Source: an uncultured virus (IMG/VR IMGVR_UViG_3300032245_000303) (lineage: Duplodnaviria > Heunggongvirae > Uroviricota > Caudoviricetes). Taken from it: a stretch of 64,000 nucleotides of DNA. The notes under the pieces are model-generated. The model ran no database searches. It was not told where the DNA came from and saw only the letters and a list, made by a program, of their open reading frames with translations. Position 1 is the first letter of the stretch. Every line of letters begins with the position of its first letter. Where the stretch lies: IMG/VR virus record IMGVR_UViG_3300032245_000303. The stretch is one strand, 5' to 3'. Both the position numbers and the translations under genes were made by a program. Below are positions 9,809 to 20,942 of this stretch, piece after piece.

Positions 9809-10147
9809 ATGGCTAAGAATGACTTTCCAAAACCAACACCAGCAGAAGCTTATCCATTAGGTAATGCCCAAGAAAATAAAGCAGCTAGCGCATACACAGG
9901 ATTTGAATATCCATCAGGTGGTGGTAATGATATTGGTATATATAAACAACCTATGCCGATTCCAGAAAAACATGCAATTAAAAAAGACATGGTAGATAAA
10001 GATGGTAATCCATTAACAGAGTTTAATATTGCTGTTGGTGGCACTAATAAAGGCAACTATAAAGTTATTAATCCACACGGTGTAGGTGAAATGCGTGGTT
10101 ATGGTGCAGCTACTAAAGGTCGTAAAATTAGCGGAAAAATGGGCTAA
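9809..10147 (+). CDS. Small protein ending MRGYGAATKGRK
   Basis: Packed in the operon; TAATG overlap with the next gene. Confidence 0.55.
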   Translation: MAKNDFPKPTPAEAYPLGNAQENKAASAYTGFEYPSGGGNDIGIYKQPMPIPEKHAIKKDMVDKDGNPLTEFNIAVGGTNKGNYKVINPHGVGEMRGYGAATKGRKISGKMG

Positions 10148-11073
10148 TGAACTACGAAGTTTTATATAACAGTATTCAAGCATATGCCGAGAACACCGAA
10201 GCGTTGTTCGTGGCTAATATTCCTGTCTTTGTGCAAGAAGCTGAAGACCGTATATATAACTCAGTTCAAATTCCAGCTTTACGTAAAAACGTAACAGGTA
10301 CATTAACCTCAAGTAATAAATATGTATCACTACCTAATGATTGGTTATCCAATTATTCTATTGCAGTGATTGATGCATCTGGTAATTACACATATTTATT
10401 AAATAAAGATGTTAACTTTATTCGTGAAGCATATCCAAACCCTACTAAAACAGGGTTACCTAAACACTATGCACTTTTTGGGTCTCAATATACAGACATT
10501 AATGAGATGTCACTTATCTTAGGGCCTACGCCGGATTCTAGTTATAGTGTAGAAATGCACTACTATTATTATCCACCCACTATTGTACAAGGTCAGATTA
10601 CGACATTAAATACAGCATCGTTCAGCGGTGGTTCGTTATATACCAACGGGGTATATCAAAATATTCCTCTTACAGGGGGTTCAGGTTCTGGCGCATATGC
10701 AGATATTGTAGTAAGTGGTGGTCGTGTTACATCAGTATCATTAAGATTTGGTGGAAACTTCTATGTGGTAGGAGATTCACTATCTGCAGCTACAACTACA
10801 ATCGGTAGCTCAGGTTCAGGATTTAGTATTGCAGTAACTGCAATCACTAATACAAACGGTACATCATGGTTAGGTGATAATTATGACCCAGTCCTTCTTT
10901 ATGGTGCTATGCGTGAAGCCATGATATTTATGAAAGCAGAAGCTGATATGGTTACTTATTACGAAGCTAAATATCAAGAAGCATTAGCCCAACTTAAACG
11001 TCTTGGCGATGGATTAGAAAGAAATGACGCGTATCGTTCAGGACAAACAAGTTTACCTTATAATCAACTATGA
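10147..11073 (+). CDS. Putative head-tail connector / tail protein
   Basis: IPVFVQEAEDRI...PKHYA...GPTPD...WLGDNYDPVLLYGAM pattern of adaptor proteins, with a G/S-rich insert. Confidence 0.55.
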   Translation: MNYEVLYNSIQAYAENTEALFVANIPVFVQEAEDRIYNSVQIPALRKNVTGTLTSSNKYVSLPNDWLSNYSIAVIDASGNYTYLLNKDVNFIREAYPNPTKTGLPKHYALFGSQYTDINEMSLILGPTPDSSYSVEMHYYYYPPTIVQGQITTLNTASFSGGSLYTNGVYQNIPLTGGSGSGAYADIVVSGGRVTSVSLRFGGNFYVVGDSLSAATTTIGSSGSGFSIAVTAITNTNGTSWLGDNYDPVLLYGAMREAMIFMKAEADMVTYYEAKYQEALAQLKRLGDGLERNDAYRSGQTSLPYNQL

Positions 11074-11600
11074 AAACTTGTAAACGTTGTTTACAAAGTA
11101 AAGAATTAAATACTTTTAAAAAAGAAAAAAACAACTATAGGAATATTTGCAAAAAATGTGAATATACTATAATGATGAGTAATCCAAAAGCGCATAAAGC
11201 TAGATTAATTAGGATGAAACGATATAGAGATTCAGAACAAGGAAAAGCAAAAGCAAAAGAATATGCGCAATCAATAGCGGGAAAAGCTTCTAGGCACGCT
11301 GCAATTAAACGATATGAAGCTACAAAAGCTGGATATATAAATAAATATAATGCAACCGCAAAACGTAGAGCTGCTAGAATTAAAAGAACACCTAAATGGC
11401 TCACAAAAGATGATTTATGGTTTATAAAAGAAGCTTATGAATTAGCAGCTTTAAGGACTAAAATGTTTGGATTTAAATGGCACGTTGACCATATAATTCC
11501 ATTACAAGGTAAATTAGTTTCAGGACTACATGTAATTGAAAATTTACAAGTAATACCAGGTACAGAAAATATTAAAAAGTATAACAAGGTAATAGTATAA
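11070..11600 (+). CDS. HNH endonuclease (probable free-standing homing endonuclease)
   Basis: CxxC...CxxC N-terminus; WHVDHIIPL...GLHVIENLQVI...EN..K HNH motif; very AT-rich. Confidence 0.85.
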   Translation: MKTCKRCLQSKELNTFKKEKNNYRNICKKCEYTIMMSNPKAHKARLIRMKRYRDSEQGKAKAKEYAQSIAGKASRHAAIKRYEATKAGYINKYNATAKRRAARIKRTPKWLTKDDLWFIKEAYELAALRTKMFGFKWHVDHIIPLQGKLVSGLHVIENLQVIPGTENIKKYNKVIV

Positions 11601-12028
11601 TGGCTATAGCTCAAGGACTTACTACAATATTCAAGCAAAACTGCTTAAATGCATTGGAGAACTTTTCCAATACATCACCCTATACATATAAAGTTGCGTT
11701 ATACAACGGCAATGCTAATTTAGATAATGCAACAACAGCATATACAACAACAAACGAAATAACAGGTACAGGATATACAGCAGGTGGTTATACATTAGTT
11801 CCTATTGCGCCTTTATCAAACACAACTGCAAACACGGCTTATGTGTCTTTTAATAATGTAACTTGGAGCCCTGCCGCATTTACTTGTAGAGGTGCTTTGA
11901 TATACAATAGTACAACCGGTTCAGCTGTTTGTGTGCTAAACTTTGGGTCTGATAAGACCTGCACTAATTCATTTACAATAACTTTTCCAGCGGACACTGC
12001 CACGGACGCTGTAATTAGATTTTCATAG
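11600..12028 (+). CDS. Virion structural protein (tail-associated)
   Basis: YKVALY...TTAYTTTNEITGTGYTAGG...RGALIYN...LNFGSDK motif. Confidence 0.6.
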   Translation: MAIAQGLTTIFKQNCLNALENFSNTSPYTYKVALYNGNANLDNATTAYTTTNEITGTGYTAGGYTLVPIAPLSNTTANTAYVSFNNVTWSPAAFTCRGALIYNSTTGSAVCVLNFGSDKTCTNSFTITFPADTATDAVIRFS

Positions 12029-12037
12029 GAGTATATT

Positions 12038-12649
12038 ATGCATAAAGAAAAACAAGGTTTTGGAGACCAAGCTACCATCACGTTAAATGCGGGTGCAAAT
12101 TCCAACGAAGTATTAGGCGTACATGGTCAATACCACGTAGTTTGCCACGATAAAGACGGTAACCTAAAATGGGAAGAAAGTTTTCCTAACTTAGTTGTTG
12201 CAGCAGGTAAAGAGTTACTACTTAATACTTTACTCCGTACATCAGGTACATATACCACAGTAGGCCCATTTTTAGGTCTTACTAAAGTATCATTAACACC
12301 CGTAGCTACAGATACGATGACTACATTGGTTACGACTAATGCAGCTGAATTTATTAACTACACAGTAGGTGGCTCAGCAGTACGAGGTACAGCAGTGTTT
12401 GCAGCGGCATCTTCAACAGGTACAACACCATCTAACGTAACAACTTCAGCAGCTACTGCTATTACTTACACTATTACAGGTGCAGGTGGTACAGTTTATG
12501 GTTGTTTCTTGGTAACAGGTTCTGGCGCTGTTAATACACAAAGTTCAACAGCAGGTACTTTATATAGTGAAGGTAATTTTGCAACAGCTAAGGTCACAAC
12601 AGCTGGCGATACAGTTTCAGTAACATACTCTACAACTGCAACTAGCTAA
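12038..12649 (+). CDS. Virion structural protein
   Basis: KWEESFPNLVV...G; T-rich beta protein in the tail module. Confidence 0.5.
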   Translation: MHKEKQGFGDQATITLNAGANSNEVLGVHGQYHVVCHDKDGNLKWEESFPNLVVAAGKELLLNTLLRTSGTYTTVGPFLGLTKVSLTPVATDTMTTLVTTNAAEFINYTVGGSAVRGTAVFAAASSTGTTPSNVTTSAATAITYTITGAGGTVYGCFLVTGSGAVNTQSSTAGTLYSEGNFATAKVTTAGDTVSVTYSTTATS

Positions 12650-12658
12650 GGAGCTTAA

Positions 12659-14518
12659 ATGGCTCTTGCATTAAATGACCGTGTCCAGCAACAGGGTACG
12701 GCTAACACCACAGTCAGCTTTACCCTAACTACCTCAGTTACTGGGTTTCAATCCTTTGCTGTTATTGGCAATGGAAATACAACCTATTATGCTGCTACAG
12801 ACGCATCAGGTAATTGGGAAGTAGGTGTTGGTACTTATTCAACTACTGGCCCTACATTAACGCGTACAACAATCCTAGCTTCAAGTAATTCTGGTAGCGC
12901 TGTTACCTTTTCTGGCACAGTCAATGTCTTTGTTACATACCCTGCTTCAAAATCTATTAATTACGATGGTAGTGGTGTTGCTACTATTGGTTCTGTATTA
13001 GGCTATTCAGACACAGGTATTATTGGTTCATTTGCATCTACTGTTGCAGGTTACAATCAAGTTATTGTTCAAAATAAAAGCACATCATCTAGTGCATCAT
13101 CTAACTTTAATGTATCTAACGATGCTGCAACATCTACTACAGGGTATGCCGAATTAGGTATTAACTCTTCTACATTCTCAGGTACAGGCTCCTTTAATAT
13201 TGCAGGCGCTTCTTATTTAGCTTCTGCGTCTACAGATTTAACAATTGGTACATACGGTGCATATAACGTTCACTTTGTAACTAATAGTAATACTACTGAT
13301 GCTATGACTATCTTTAATTCAGGTGGCGTTTCATTAGGCGGATATGGCGACCCTGGTATTGGTACTTTATATGCCAATAATGTATACGTAGGTTTTAATA
13401 CAATTACAGCCGCTGCTGGTACTACTATATTAACCAATGCTTCTGCAGGATGGCAACAAGTTGTAGGTACTACGACTCAAACCATTCAATTACCTGTTGC
13501 TACCACACTATACAAAGGTCTAGCCTTTACTGTTGCAAATAACTCAACAGGCTCAGTTACTATTAAAGATAGTGCATCTACTACAATTGATACTGTAATT
13601 ACTGGCGGTACAGCGGTTATAGTTTTAACCAATAATACGACTTCAGCAGGCTCTTGGACTGCGTATAGTTATATACCCGCTAGTTATGATTTTAATAATA
13701 CCTCGGCTTCATTTAATAATGCATCTATTAGTAGTGCAGTATGGAATGGGACTACTATTGGAACTGCGTATGGTGGCACAGGATTAACATCTTTTGGTGC
13801 GGCTAACTATGCTCTCTATTCAACATCAAGTTCAGCTCTAGCAGCGGGTACACTTCCTGTTGCAGCAGGTGGTACAGGGGCTACTACTTTAACAGGTTAT
13901 GTCTATGGTAATGGTACAGGGGCTTTTACAGCATCTACAACAATTCCAACTTCTGCTTTATCAGGTAACTATGTAAGTACATTTAGTGCAGGTACAACAG
14001 GATTTACACCAAGTACAGCAACCACGGGCGTAGTAACTTTAGCAGGCACATTAAACGTAGCCAACGGTGGTACAGGACAAACAACATATACAGATGGCCA
14101 ACTTTTAATTGGTAATTCAACAGGTAATACGCTTACTAAAGCATCTTTAACACCCGGTACTGGCATATCTATTACTGCTGGTTCAGGTTCAATTACAATT
14201 GCAAACACAGCAGCAGCTGCTTCAATATCTAACGATACATCAACAACATCTAATTTATATCCCTTATTTGCCGCAGCAACATCAGGTACACCTACTACAA
14301 TTTATACTTCAAATGCGAAGTATTTATACAAGCCATCTACAGGTGATTTACAAGCATCTCAAGTAATAGCAAGTAACGGATTAATGGTAAATAATGCTAC
14401 AATAGCAACAAGTTATACAATCGCAACGGGATATAATGCATCATCAGTAGGCCCAGTTACATTATCAACTGGCGTAAGTGTGACGGTTCCATCAGGTAGC
14501 CGTTGGGTAGTTTTATAG
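12659..14518 (+). CDS. Tail fibre protein
   Basis: MALALNDRV...WEVGVGTY...LTRTTILASSN N-terminus, repeated GGTG fibre motifs, and C-terminal GPVTLSTGVSVTVPSGSRWVVL. Confidence 0.75.
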   Translation: MALALNDRVQQQGTANTTVSFTLTTSVTGFQSFAVIGNGNTTYYAATDASGNWEVGVGTYSTTGPTLTRTTILASSNSGSAVTFSGTVNVFVTYPASKSINYDGSGVATIGSVLGYSDTGIIGSFASTVAGYNQVIVQNKSTSSSASSNFNVSNDAATSTTGYAELGINSSTFSGTGSFNIAGASYLASASTDLTIGTYGAYNVHFVTNSNTTDAMTIFNSGGVSLGGYGDPGIGTLYANNVYVGFNTITAAAGTTILTNASAGWQQVVGTTTQTIQLPVATTLYKGLAFTVANNSTGSVTIKDSASTTIDTVITGGTAVIVLTNNTTSAGSWTAYSYIPASYDFNNTSASFNNASISSAVWNGTTIGTAYGGTGLTSFGAANYALYSTSSSALAAGTLPVAAGGTGATTLTGYVYGNGTGAFTASTTIPTSALSGNYVSTFSAGTTGFTPSTATTGVVTLAGTLNVANGGTGQTTYTDGQLLIGNSTGNTLTKASLTPGTGISITAGSGSITIANTAAAASISNDTSTTSNLYPLFAAATSGTPTTIYTSNAKYLYKPSTGDLQASQVIASNGLMVNNATIATSYTIATGYNASSVGPVTLSTGVSVTVPSGSRWVVL

Positions 14519-14526
14519 GATAAATT

Positions 14527-15399
14527 ATGGCATCAATTATTTCAGCAGGAACGACATCAGGCACAGCATTAAACATGACTGCGGATACTAGCGGTCAATT
14601 ACAATTAGCTACAGGCGCATCAGCTACCACAGCAATTACTATAGATACATCACAAAATGTAGGGATTGGAACTACGAGTCCTGCAACAAAATTACAAATT
14701 TCTGGTACAAGTGGCTCATTAAATACTCGTATAAATGCAGGAAATACTGGTTTAGATGTTACAAATAATGATGCTACTGGTGTTACAGATTTAGCTACAT
14801 CTCCATTAGGTTCTGGCGGTAAAGCAATGACATTTACTACATATACTGGGTCTGCATCAGCAGAACGTATGCGTATAGACTCTAGTGGTAGTTTATCCAT
14901 TGGAACTTCAAGTGCTCTTGGTAAAATGTCACTTTATTGGAATAATACAACACAACAAGGCTTTACATTACAAGCATCAACCACAACATTTAATGGTAGT
15001 CCAATAGTATTTTATAATAGTTCTGGTGCTTTATCTGGATTTATTGGTCAAACATCAACAACAATTTCATATAATACTTCTTCTGACTATCGTTTAAAAG
15101 ATAACATTGCACCTATAACAGGCGCTTTAGATAAAATAACTCAACTTAAACCTGTTACTTATACTTGGAAAGCTGATGGTTCAGATGGACAAGGTTTTAT
15201 TGCTCACGAATTAGCAGAAGTTGTGCCTGATTGTGTAACAGGTGAAAAAGATGCAGTAAATGAAGATGGCTCAATTAAACCACAAGGCATAGACACATCA
15301 TTCCTAGTAGCTACTCTAACAGCAGCAATCCAAGAACAACAAACCATCATTAACGACCTAAAAGCTCGTATAGAAACATTGGAAGGAGCTAAATCTTGA
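14527..15399 (+). CDS. Tail fibre with C-terminal intramolecular chaperone (peptidase S74-like)
   Basis: NVGIGTTSP and ERMRIDSSG repeats; SSDYRLKDNI...GFIAHEL...coiled coil. Confidence 0.85.
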   Translation: MASIISAGTTSGTALNMTADTSGQLQLATGASATTAITIDTSQNVGIGTTSPATKLQISGTSGSLNTRINAGNTGLDVTNNDATGVTDLATSPLGSGGKAMTFTTYTGSASAERMRIDSSGSLSIGTSSALGKMSLYWNNTTQQGFTLQASTTTFNGSPIVFYNSSGALSGFIGQTSTTISYNTSSDYRLKDNIAPITGALDKITQLKPVTYTWKADGSDGQGFIAHELAEVVPDCVTGEKDAVNEDGSIKPQGIDTSFLVATLTAAIQEQQTIINDLKARIETLEGAKS

Positions 15400-15944
15400 G
15401 TAGCGTAGTTTTATCAGGAGATACATCAGGTTCAATTACAATACAAGCTCCAAGCGTTGCAGGAACTAATACGCTAACATTGCCTGCAAGTACTGGAACG
15501 GTATTAACAAGTGCAAGTAATACTAATTTTCCTGCAGGAAGTGTGTTGCAAGTAGTAAATGCTACATATTCTACTGCTGTTACAAATAATACAAATACTT
15601 ATGCTGACACAGGATTAACAGCTACAATTACTCCAAAATCAGCAACAAGTAAAATACTGATTATTATTAATCATGCTGACATTTACAAAGCAACAAGTGA
15701 TACTTCAGCAAGAATACAATTATTAAGAAATTCAACTTCTTTACTTGTATTTTCTGCCTATGCTTCAGGCACTGGAAATACATCAATAGTTGTAACTGCA
15801 ACAGGAACAAATTATCTTGATTCACCAGCAACTACATCTTCTATAACTTATAAAACTCAATTTTTATCAAATAGTGGAGCTGGAGTAACACTTCAATTTG
15901 GAAATTCAACATCAACAATTACTTTAATGGAAATAGCTGGATGA
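15396..15944 (+). CDS. Tail fibre-like protein
   Basis: TLTLPASTGT...GSVLQVV...ITPKSATSKILI...STITLMEIAG; TTG start after GGAG. Confidence 0.65.
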   Translation: MSSVVLSGDTSGSITIQAPSVAGTNTLTLPASTGTVLTSASNTNFPAGSVLQVVNATYSTAVTNNTNTYADTGLTATITPKSATSKILIIINHADIYKATSDTSARIQLLRNSTSLLVFSAYASGTGNTSIVVTATGTNYLDSPATTSSITYKTQFLSNSGAGVTLQFGNSTSTITLMEIAG

Positions 15945-16213
15945 TAAATAAACACGAATATATCATTAAATTATATCCATCTGTAGCCATTGTGCGTGAT
16001 GATGTTGCTTACGACAAAGAAGAAAATATTGTTGAATATGATAACGCAGCGGTAGATGCTTTAATTGCATCTGAAGCATATAAAGAATTAAGAGTAGCAG
16101 AATATCCATCCATTGCTGACCAACTAGACTATATTTACCATAACGGTATAGACGCATGGAAAACAGACATGATTGACCCTGTAAAAACTAAATATCCTAA
16201 AGGTGTAGCATGA
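15941..16213 (+). CDS. Tail fibre assembly / chaperone-like protein
   Basis: RVAEYPSIADQLDYIYH...VKTKYPK motif, commonly found after fibre genes. Confidence 0.6.
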   Translation: MINKHEYIIKLYPSVAIVRDDVAYDKEENIVEYDNAAVDALIASEAYKELRVAEYPSIADQLDYIYHNGIDAWKTDMIDPVKTKYPKGVA

Positions 16214-17244
16214 GCCTAATTATAGACGGCACAAATGGAGTAACCTTTAACGACTCATCTCTACAAGGAGCTGCAGCGTCACCTTATGTGTTAAAGAACC
16301 GTATTATTAATGGTGCTATGCAAATATGGCAAAGAGGTACTTCAGTTTCAGGAACTTATGTATATGGTACTGACAGATGGGCAACATTACCTTTTGCTAC
16401 TTGTAATATAGCTCAATCTACAAGTGTTCCAACTACAACTGGAAGTTCGTTTCAATATAGTGCAAAAGTAGGTAGAACTGCATCATCTACAGCAACTACA
16501 GCTATAGGTATCATGCAAACTATCGAAAGTGTTAATTGCTATGACTTATCAGGTCAAACAGTCACAATATCTTTTTGGGCTAAAGCTGGTGCAAATTTTT
16601 CAGCAGCTAGTGGTACTTTAACAGGTCAATTATATTCAGGAACGGTAGCCGACCAAGGTGGTTCAACTTATTATAGTTGGACAGGAGGTGCTAATGTACC
16701 ATTTACTGGTTTTCCTTTTCCTACATTAACAACTTCATGGCAAAAATTTACTCTTACTGGAACATTTGGTGCAGGTGTATTAGAAGCAGCATTATTATTT
16801 TATTTTACACCAGTAGGTACAGCAGGTGCAGATGATAACTTCTACATCACAGGTGTCCAACTAGAATTAGGCTCAACAGCAACACCGTTTGAACGCAGAC
16901 TTTATAATCAGGAATTGGCTAATTGTCAGAGGTATTATGCAAAGATAGGTGCAAGCAGTGCATATACTGGATATGGAGCAGGTGAAGCAAGAGCTGCAGC
17001 AGCAGCAAATATTTATATGACGTATCCTGTGCCTATGAGAGCAGCTCCAACTTTTTCTCAAAGTGGAACTGTATTAAGTTCAGGAGGTGCTGATAGAACA
17101 GTATCTTCAATAGGTGCTTTTTATGCAGGAAATACTAGTGGTTTAATTCAAATAGCTACTTCAGGTTTAACTGCAGGATGGGGTGTAGGATTATATTCAA
17201 ATAACAATACATCAGCTTATATAGATTTTACTGCGGAGTTATAA
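16210..17244 (+). CDS. Tail fibre / receptor-binding protein with carbohydrate-binding-like domain
   Basis: [15 protein letters not shown]...[18 protein letters not shown]...ELANCQRYY. Confidence 0.75.
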   Translation: MSLIIDGTNGVTFNDSSLQGAAASPYVLKNRIINGAMQIWQRGTSVSGTYVYGTDRWATLPFATCNIAQSTSVPTTTGSSFQYSAKVGRTASSTATTAIGIMQTIESVNCYDLSGQTVTISFWAKAGANFSAASGTLTGQLYSGTVADQGGSTYYSWTGGANVPFTGFPFPTLTTSWQKFTLTGTFGAGVLEAALLFYFTPVGTAGADDNFYITGVQLELGSTATPFERRLYNQELANCQRYYAKIGASSAYTGYGAGEARAAAAANIYMTYPVPMRAAPTFSQSGTVLSSGGADRTVSSIGAFYAGNTSGLIQIATSGLTAGWGVGLYSNNNTSAYIDFTAEL

Positions 17245-17245
17245 T

Positions 17246-17410
17246 ATGTATAAACAATGTAAAGATTTTAATGAAAATATTGCAAACTGTATAATTCGTT
17301 TAAGTGATGGTGCAGCTATCCCATTTGACCCAGCAAATTCAGACTACCAAGCCTACCTAAAATGGCTTGATGAAGGCAACGAGCCCTTACCTGCAGACGA
17401 GGTAATATAA
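17246..17410 (+). CDS. Small fibre-associated protein, 54 aa (not in ORF track)
   Basis: Manual translation MYKQCKDF...[37 protein letters not shown]. Confidence 0.75.
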   Translation: MYKQCKDFNENIANCIIRLSDGAAIPFDPANSDYQAYLKWLDEGNEPLPADEVI

Positions 17411-17411
17411 C

Positions 17412-18419
17412 TTGTTTGGATACGCTGCCTTTGCTCAACCTACATTTGCTGGACTTGGTAGCACAGGGCAAGCGTTTTATCTAGCGCTTACTGAGAACTT
17501 TGGTATAGCTGATTTAAATAGCCAAGTTTTTGCCTTTCTACAAAGTATTACTGAGCCAATTACGCTTAATGACTTTAATTCTCAAGCAGGGTTATTTAAT
17601 GGTTCCGTTACGGAAAACTTTGGGCTTAATGATTCAAGTACACAAGCAAGTACATTTGGTCAAAGCATATCAGAGAACTTAAACTTAGATAACAACCAAA
17701 CGATTACAGCTCAGTTTGCAGCAGCAAGAGCCGAGAACATCAATATGGCTGATTCATCAGTACAGTATTTTGCAGCATTAGAAACTCGTGATGAGCCATT
17801 TACTATGGCAGATGTAAGAAGTATAGCTGCTCAGTTCATAGCTTCACAAACAGAGAATGTTAACTTAAACGACACACCAAGTATCACAGCGCAATTTGCA
17901 CAGAGTGTGGCAGAAAACATAACGATGGCAGATGCGGCTAGTATATTAGCTAACTTTGCAGTTTCAAGAACTGAAAATATGACGATGGCTGAAGTTATAT
18001 CTATTATATCGGTGTTCTTTTTATCTATTACAGAGAACTTTAGTAGTAATGATGCAAGAACTATTATTGCAGGATTTGTAGCTTCTTTGGATGAAAACAT
18101 TAATTTAGCAGATACGCCATCTATAGCGGCCCAATTTCAGTCTAGTATTGTAGAAACATTTGCATTATTAGATGAGCAATTCCCACGTGGCTGGTTTAGA
18201 ATAAACGATTCTGATACAATAACTTGGAATAAGATTAATAATACTGTAGGCACAAACTGGACTACTATTAATAATACACAAGATACAGGTATTACAATTT
18301 CAACTTGGCAAAATAATAGCTTAGCTTTAGTATCATGGGTAAATAATAGTAGTATTATAGTCCCATGGACAGGGCTTATTTCAAGTAGTACTTGGCAATC
18401 AATAAATAATATACAATAA
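17412..18419 (+). CDS. Repeat-rich virion protein
   Basis: About 19-aa repeats of the type ITAQFAQSVAENITMAD; W-containing C-terminal repeats; TTG start. Confidence 0.55.
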   Translation: MFGYAAFAQPTFAGLGSTGQAFYLALTENFGIADLNSQVFAFLQSITEPITLNDFNSQAGLFNGSVTENFGLNDSSTQASTFGQSISENLNLDNNQTITAQFAAARAENINMADSSVQYFAALETRDEPFTMADVRSIAAQFIASQTENVNLNDTPSITAQFAQSVAENITMADAASILANFAVSRTENMTMAEVISIISVFFLSITENFSSNDARTIIAGFVASLDENINLADTPSIAAQFQSSIVETFALLDEQFPRGWFRINDSDTITWNKINNTVGTNWTTINNTQDTGITISTWQNNSLALVSWVNNSSIIVPWTGLISSSTWQSINNIQ

Positions 18420-18423
18420 AACT

Positions 18424-20157
18424 ATGACAACATTAAATATTTTTGCTACCCAATCAGGCCCGATACCTTTAAGTCAATTAGATTCTAATTTTACAGTACC
18501 TATTAGATTAGGGTCTACTGATACTGCATTAGGTGGAACATATACTACATTAGCAGGGTTAACATTAACATCCCCCATATTAACTGGCCCTATATTGGGT
18601 ACCCCTGTTTCTGGAAATTTCTCATCCGGTACATTTACTTGGCCAACGTTTAATCAAAATACAACAGGCACCGCATCTAATATTACAGGGATTTATACAG
18701 GGACAATATCATCAAGCCAAATTACAACCGGTCTTGGTTTTACGCCATATAATGCTTCTAATCCAAGTGGATATATATCTTCAGCAGTTACTAGTATAGC
18801 AACATCAAGCCCACTTACTGGAGGAACAATTACCAGTACAGGAACTATTGGTATAACTCAAGCTACTACAAGTACAAACGGATATTTGTCTAGCACAGAC
18901 TGGAATACATTTAACAATAAAGGTTCTGGCACTGTTACAAGTGTGTCAGGTACATCACCAGTAGTATCATCAGGTGGTACAACTCCAGCTATATCTATGG
19001 CTGCAGCAACTACATCTGTAAATGGATACTTAACATCTACCGATTGGAATACTTTTAACGGTAAACAATCATATGTACCTTATATTGATGTAAGAAATTA
19101 CGGATATGTAGCTGATGGTTCTACTAATAATGCTACGGCTATTAATAATGCTATTGCTGCTTTAGGTTCTAAAGGCGGGGCTATTTACTTCCCTCCAGGT
19201 ATTGGTGTAGTTACTTCTGCTATTACAGTTACCTATCCTGCCTCAGGCGACTATGCTGTAACCTTTATTGGAGCTGGGTCTAATGTAACTACTATTCAAT
19301 TTAACGGATGTAATGGATTTATAATTAATGCTAAACAAGCTAATCAATATATTCATTTTATGGATATGGCTATTACTACAAATGTAGCAGGTACATACTC
19401 TGGTATTACTATTAATAATGCGGTTCAAGGCGGATATACTGGTCAAAATGATATTACAAGAGTAACGCTTGCTGGGAATACCCCATTTACTAACTATTGG
19501 AACGTGGGCATTAGTGTTGTAGGCATGTGTAATGTAAACTTTAATGGTGTTAATGTTTACGGAAATGCTGCCGGTACTGGAGGAACAGGAATTTCAGTTG
19601 CTGGCGATGCTACTGGCTCATTTAAATATGGCATAGTGTATAATATAGATAAATGTGGTCTATATAATTTAAACATTGGTATTAATTATGGAACATATGT
19701 ACAGGGCGTAACAGTTAATCAAACTAATATTGTAAATGGAACTACAGGAATTTATTTAGCATCTGGTTCTGTTGGTGCAACTCAAATGTCATGTACTCTA
19801 TGTAACTTTAATACAACAGCAAATCAAATTTATTTAAATGCAGCTATAGCTACAGTAAATTTAACAGGTAATTCTTTTTATGTTCCATCATCACAATATG
19901 GTTTATATACTGCTGGTGGAGATGGATATACTGTTACTGGAAATTCATTTTATGGTGTAAGTTCTGGAGTAGGAACTGGTGTTTATATAGCAGGAACTTC
20001 TACTGGAGTTGTAACTGGTAATGCTTTTGTTAGACTTGCTACTGGAGTAAATTTAACAGGAACTTCTACATTTAATGTACAGGCAAATACATATCCTAGT
20101 ACAACTACACAAGTAGCTAATATTGGCAGTAACAGTGTTGGCGTAGCAACTAAATAA
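18424..20157 (+). CDS. Tailspike-like protein with beta-helix (pectate-lyase-like) domain
   Basis: DVRNYGYVADGSTNNATAINNAI...IYFPPG, then parallel beta-helix repeats (VTGNSF). Duplicated NGYL(S/T)STDWNTFN. Confidence 0.75.
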   Translation: MTTLNIFATQSGPIPLSQLDSNFTVPIRLGSTDTALGGTYTTLAGLTLTSPILTGPILGTPVSGNFSSGTFTWPTFNQNTTGTASNITGIYTGTISSSQITTGLGFTPYNASNPSGYISSAVTSIATSSPLTGGTITSTGTIGITQATTSTNGYLSSTDWNTFNNKGSGTVTSVSGTSPVVSSGGTTPAISMAAATTSVNGYLTSTDWNTFNGKQSYVPYIDVRNYGYVADGSTNNATAINNAIAALGSKGGAIYFPPGIGVVTSAITVTYPASGDYAVTFIGAGSNVTTIQFNGCNGFIINAKQANQYIHFMDMAITTNVAGTYSGITINNAVQGGYTGQNDITRVTLAGNTPFTNYWNVGISVVGMCNVNFNGVNVYGNAAGTGGTGISVAGDATGSFKYGIVYNIDKCGLYNLNIGINYGTYVQGVTVNQTNIVNGTTGIYLASGSVGATQMSCTLCNFNTTANQIYLNAAIATVNLTGNSFYVPSSQYGLYTAGGDGYTVTGNSFYGVSSGVGTGVYIAGTSTGVVTGNAFVRLATGVNLTGTSTFNVQANTYPSTTTQVANIGSNSVGVATK

Positions 20158-20174
20158 TTTTATAAGGATTTATT

Positions 20175-20942
20175 ATGGCAAGTACCTATTCAACAAGTCT
20201 TCAAATACAGCTTATAGCTTCAGGCGAACAGTCTGGTGTTTGGGGTACCACGACTAATACTAACTGGAACTTAATAGAACAAGCCGTAGCAGGTGTGCAG
20301 TCTATTACCATGATTAACGCCAATTACACTTTAAGTGTGCTTAATGGTGTTTCAGACGAAGCGCGTAACATGGTGTTATTTGTAGGTGGAACAAATTCGG
20401 CAATACGTCAAATTGTAGCCCCATTAGTGTCGAAAGTATATGTGGTATACAACAATACGTCAGGGGGATATGCTATTACAATTGGCGGAAGTTCTGGTAC
20501 GTTAGCTACAATTCCTGCAAGTTCGTCAACTTTAGTATTCTGTGACGGAAGTAATTTTTATGCAGGTATATCAGGAGCCCCTGGTAATTTCAGCGTTGCC
20601 GGAAACGCCACGGTAGCAGGAACATTAAGTGTAACAGGCGCTGCAACATTCTCAAGTACTATAGCAGGTACACTTGCATCTACCGTTACAGGTACAACAC
20701 AAACAGCAGGAGATAACTCAACTAAAATTGCTACTACTGCCTATGTAGCTACAGCCGTCACAGCTGCAACAGGTTCACTAGGTACGATGTCCTCACAAAA
20801 TGCTAATGCAGTAGCTATTACAGGCGGAACTATTAATTCAGTTACAGTAACAACAATTGGCACTAACGCTTCTGGCGCAAAAACAATATCTGCATCTGCG
20901 CCAGCTGGTGGAGCTAGTGGAGATATTTGGTATCAAATATAA
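20175..20942 (+). CDS. Tail / fibre structural protein
   Basis: GEQSGVWGTTTNTN N-terminus; DNSTKIATTAYV motif; ends GDIWYQI. Confidence 0.6.
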   Translation: MASTYSTSLQIQLIASGEQSGVWGTTTNTNWNLIEQAVAGVQSITMINANYTLSVLNGVSDEARNMVLFVGGTNSAIRQIVAPLVSKVYVVYNNTSGGYAITIGGSSGTLATIPASSSTLVFCDGSNFYAGISGAPGNFSVAGNATVAGTLSVTGAATFSSTIAGTLASTVTGTTQTAGDNSTKIATTAYVATAVTAATGSLGTMSSQNANAVAITGGTINSVTVTTIGTNASGAKTISASAPAGGASGDIWYQI

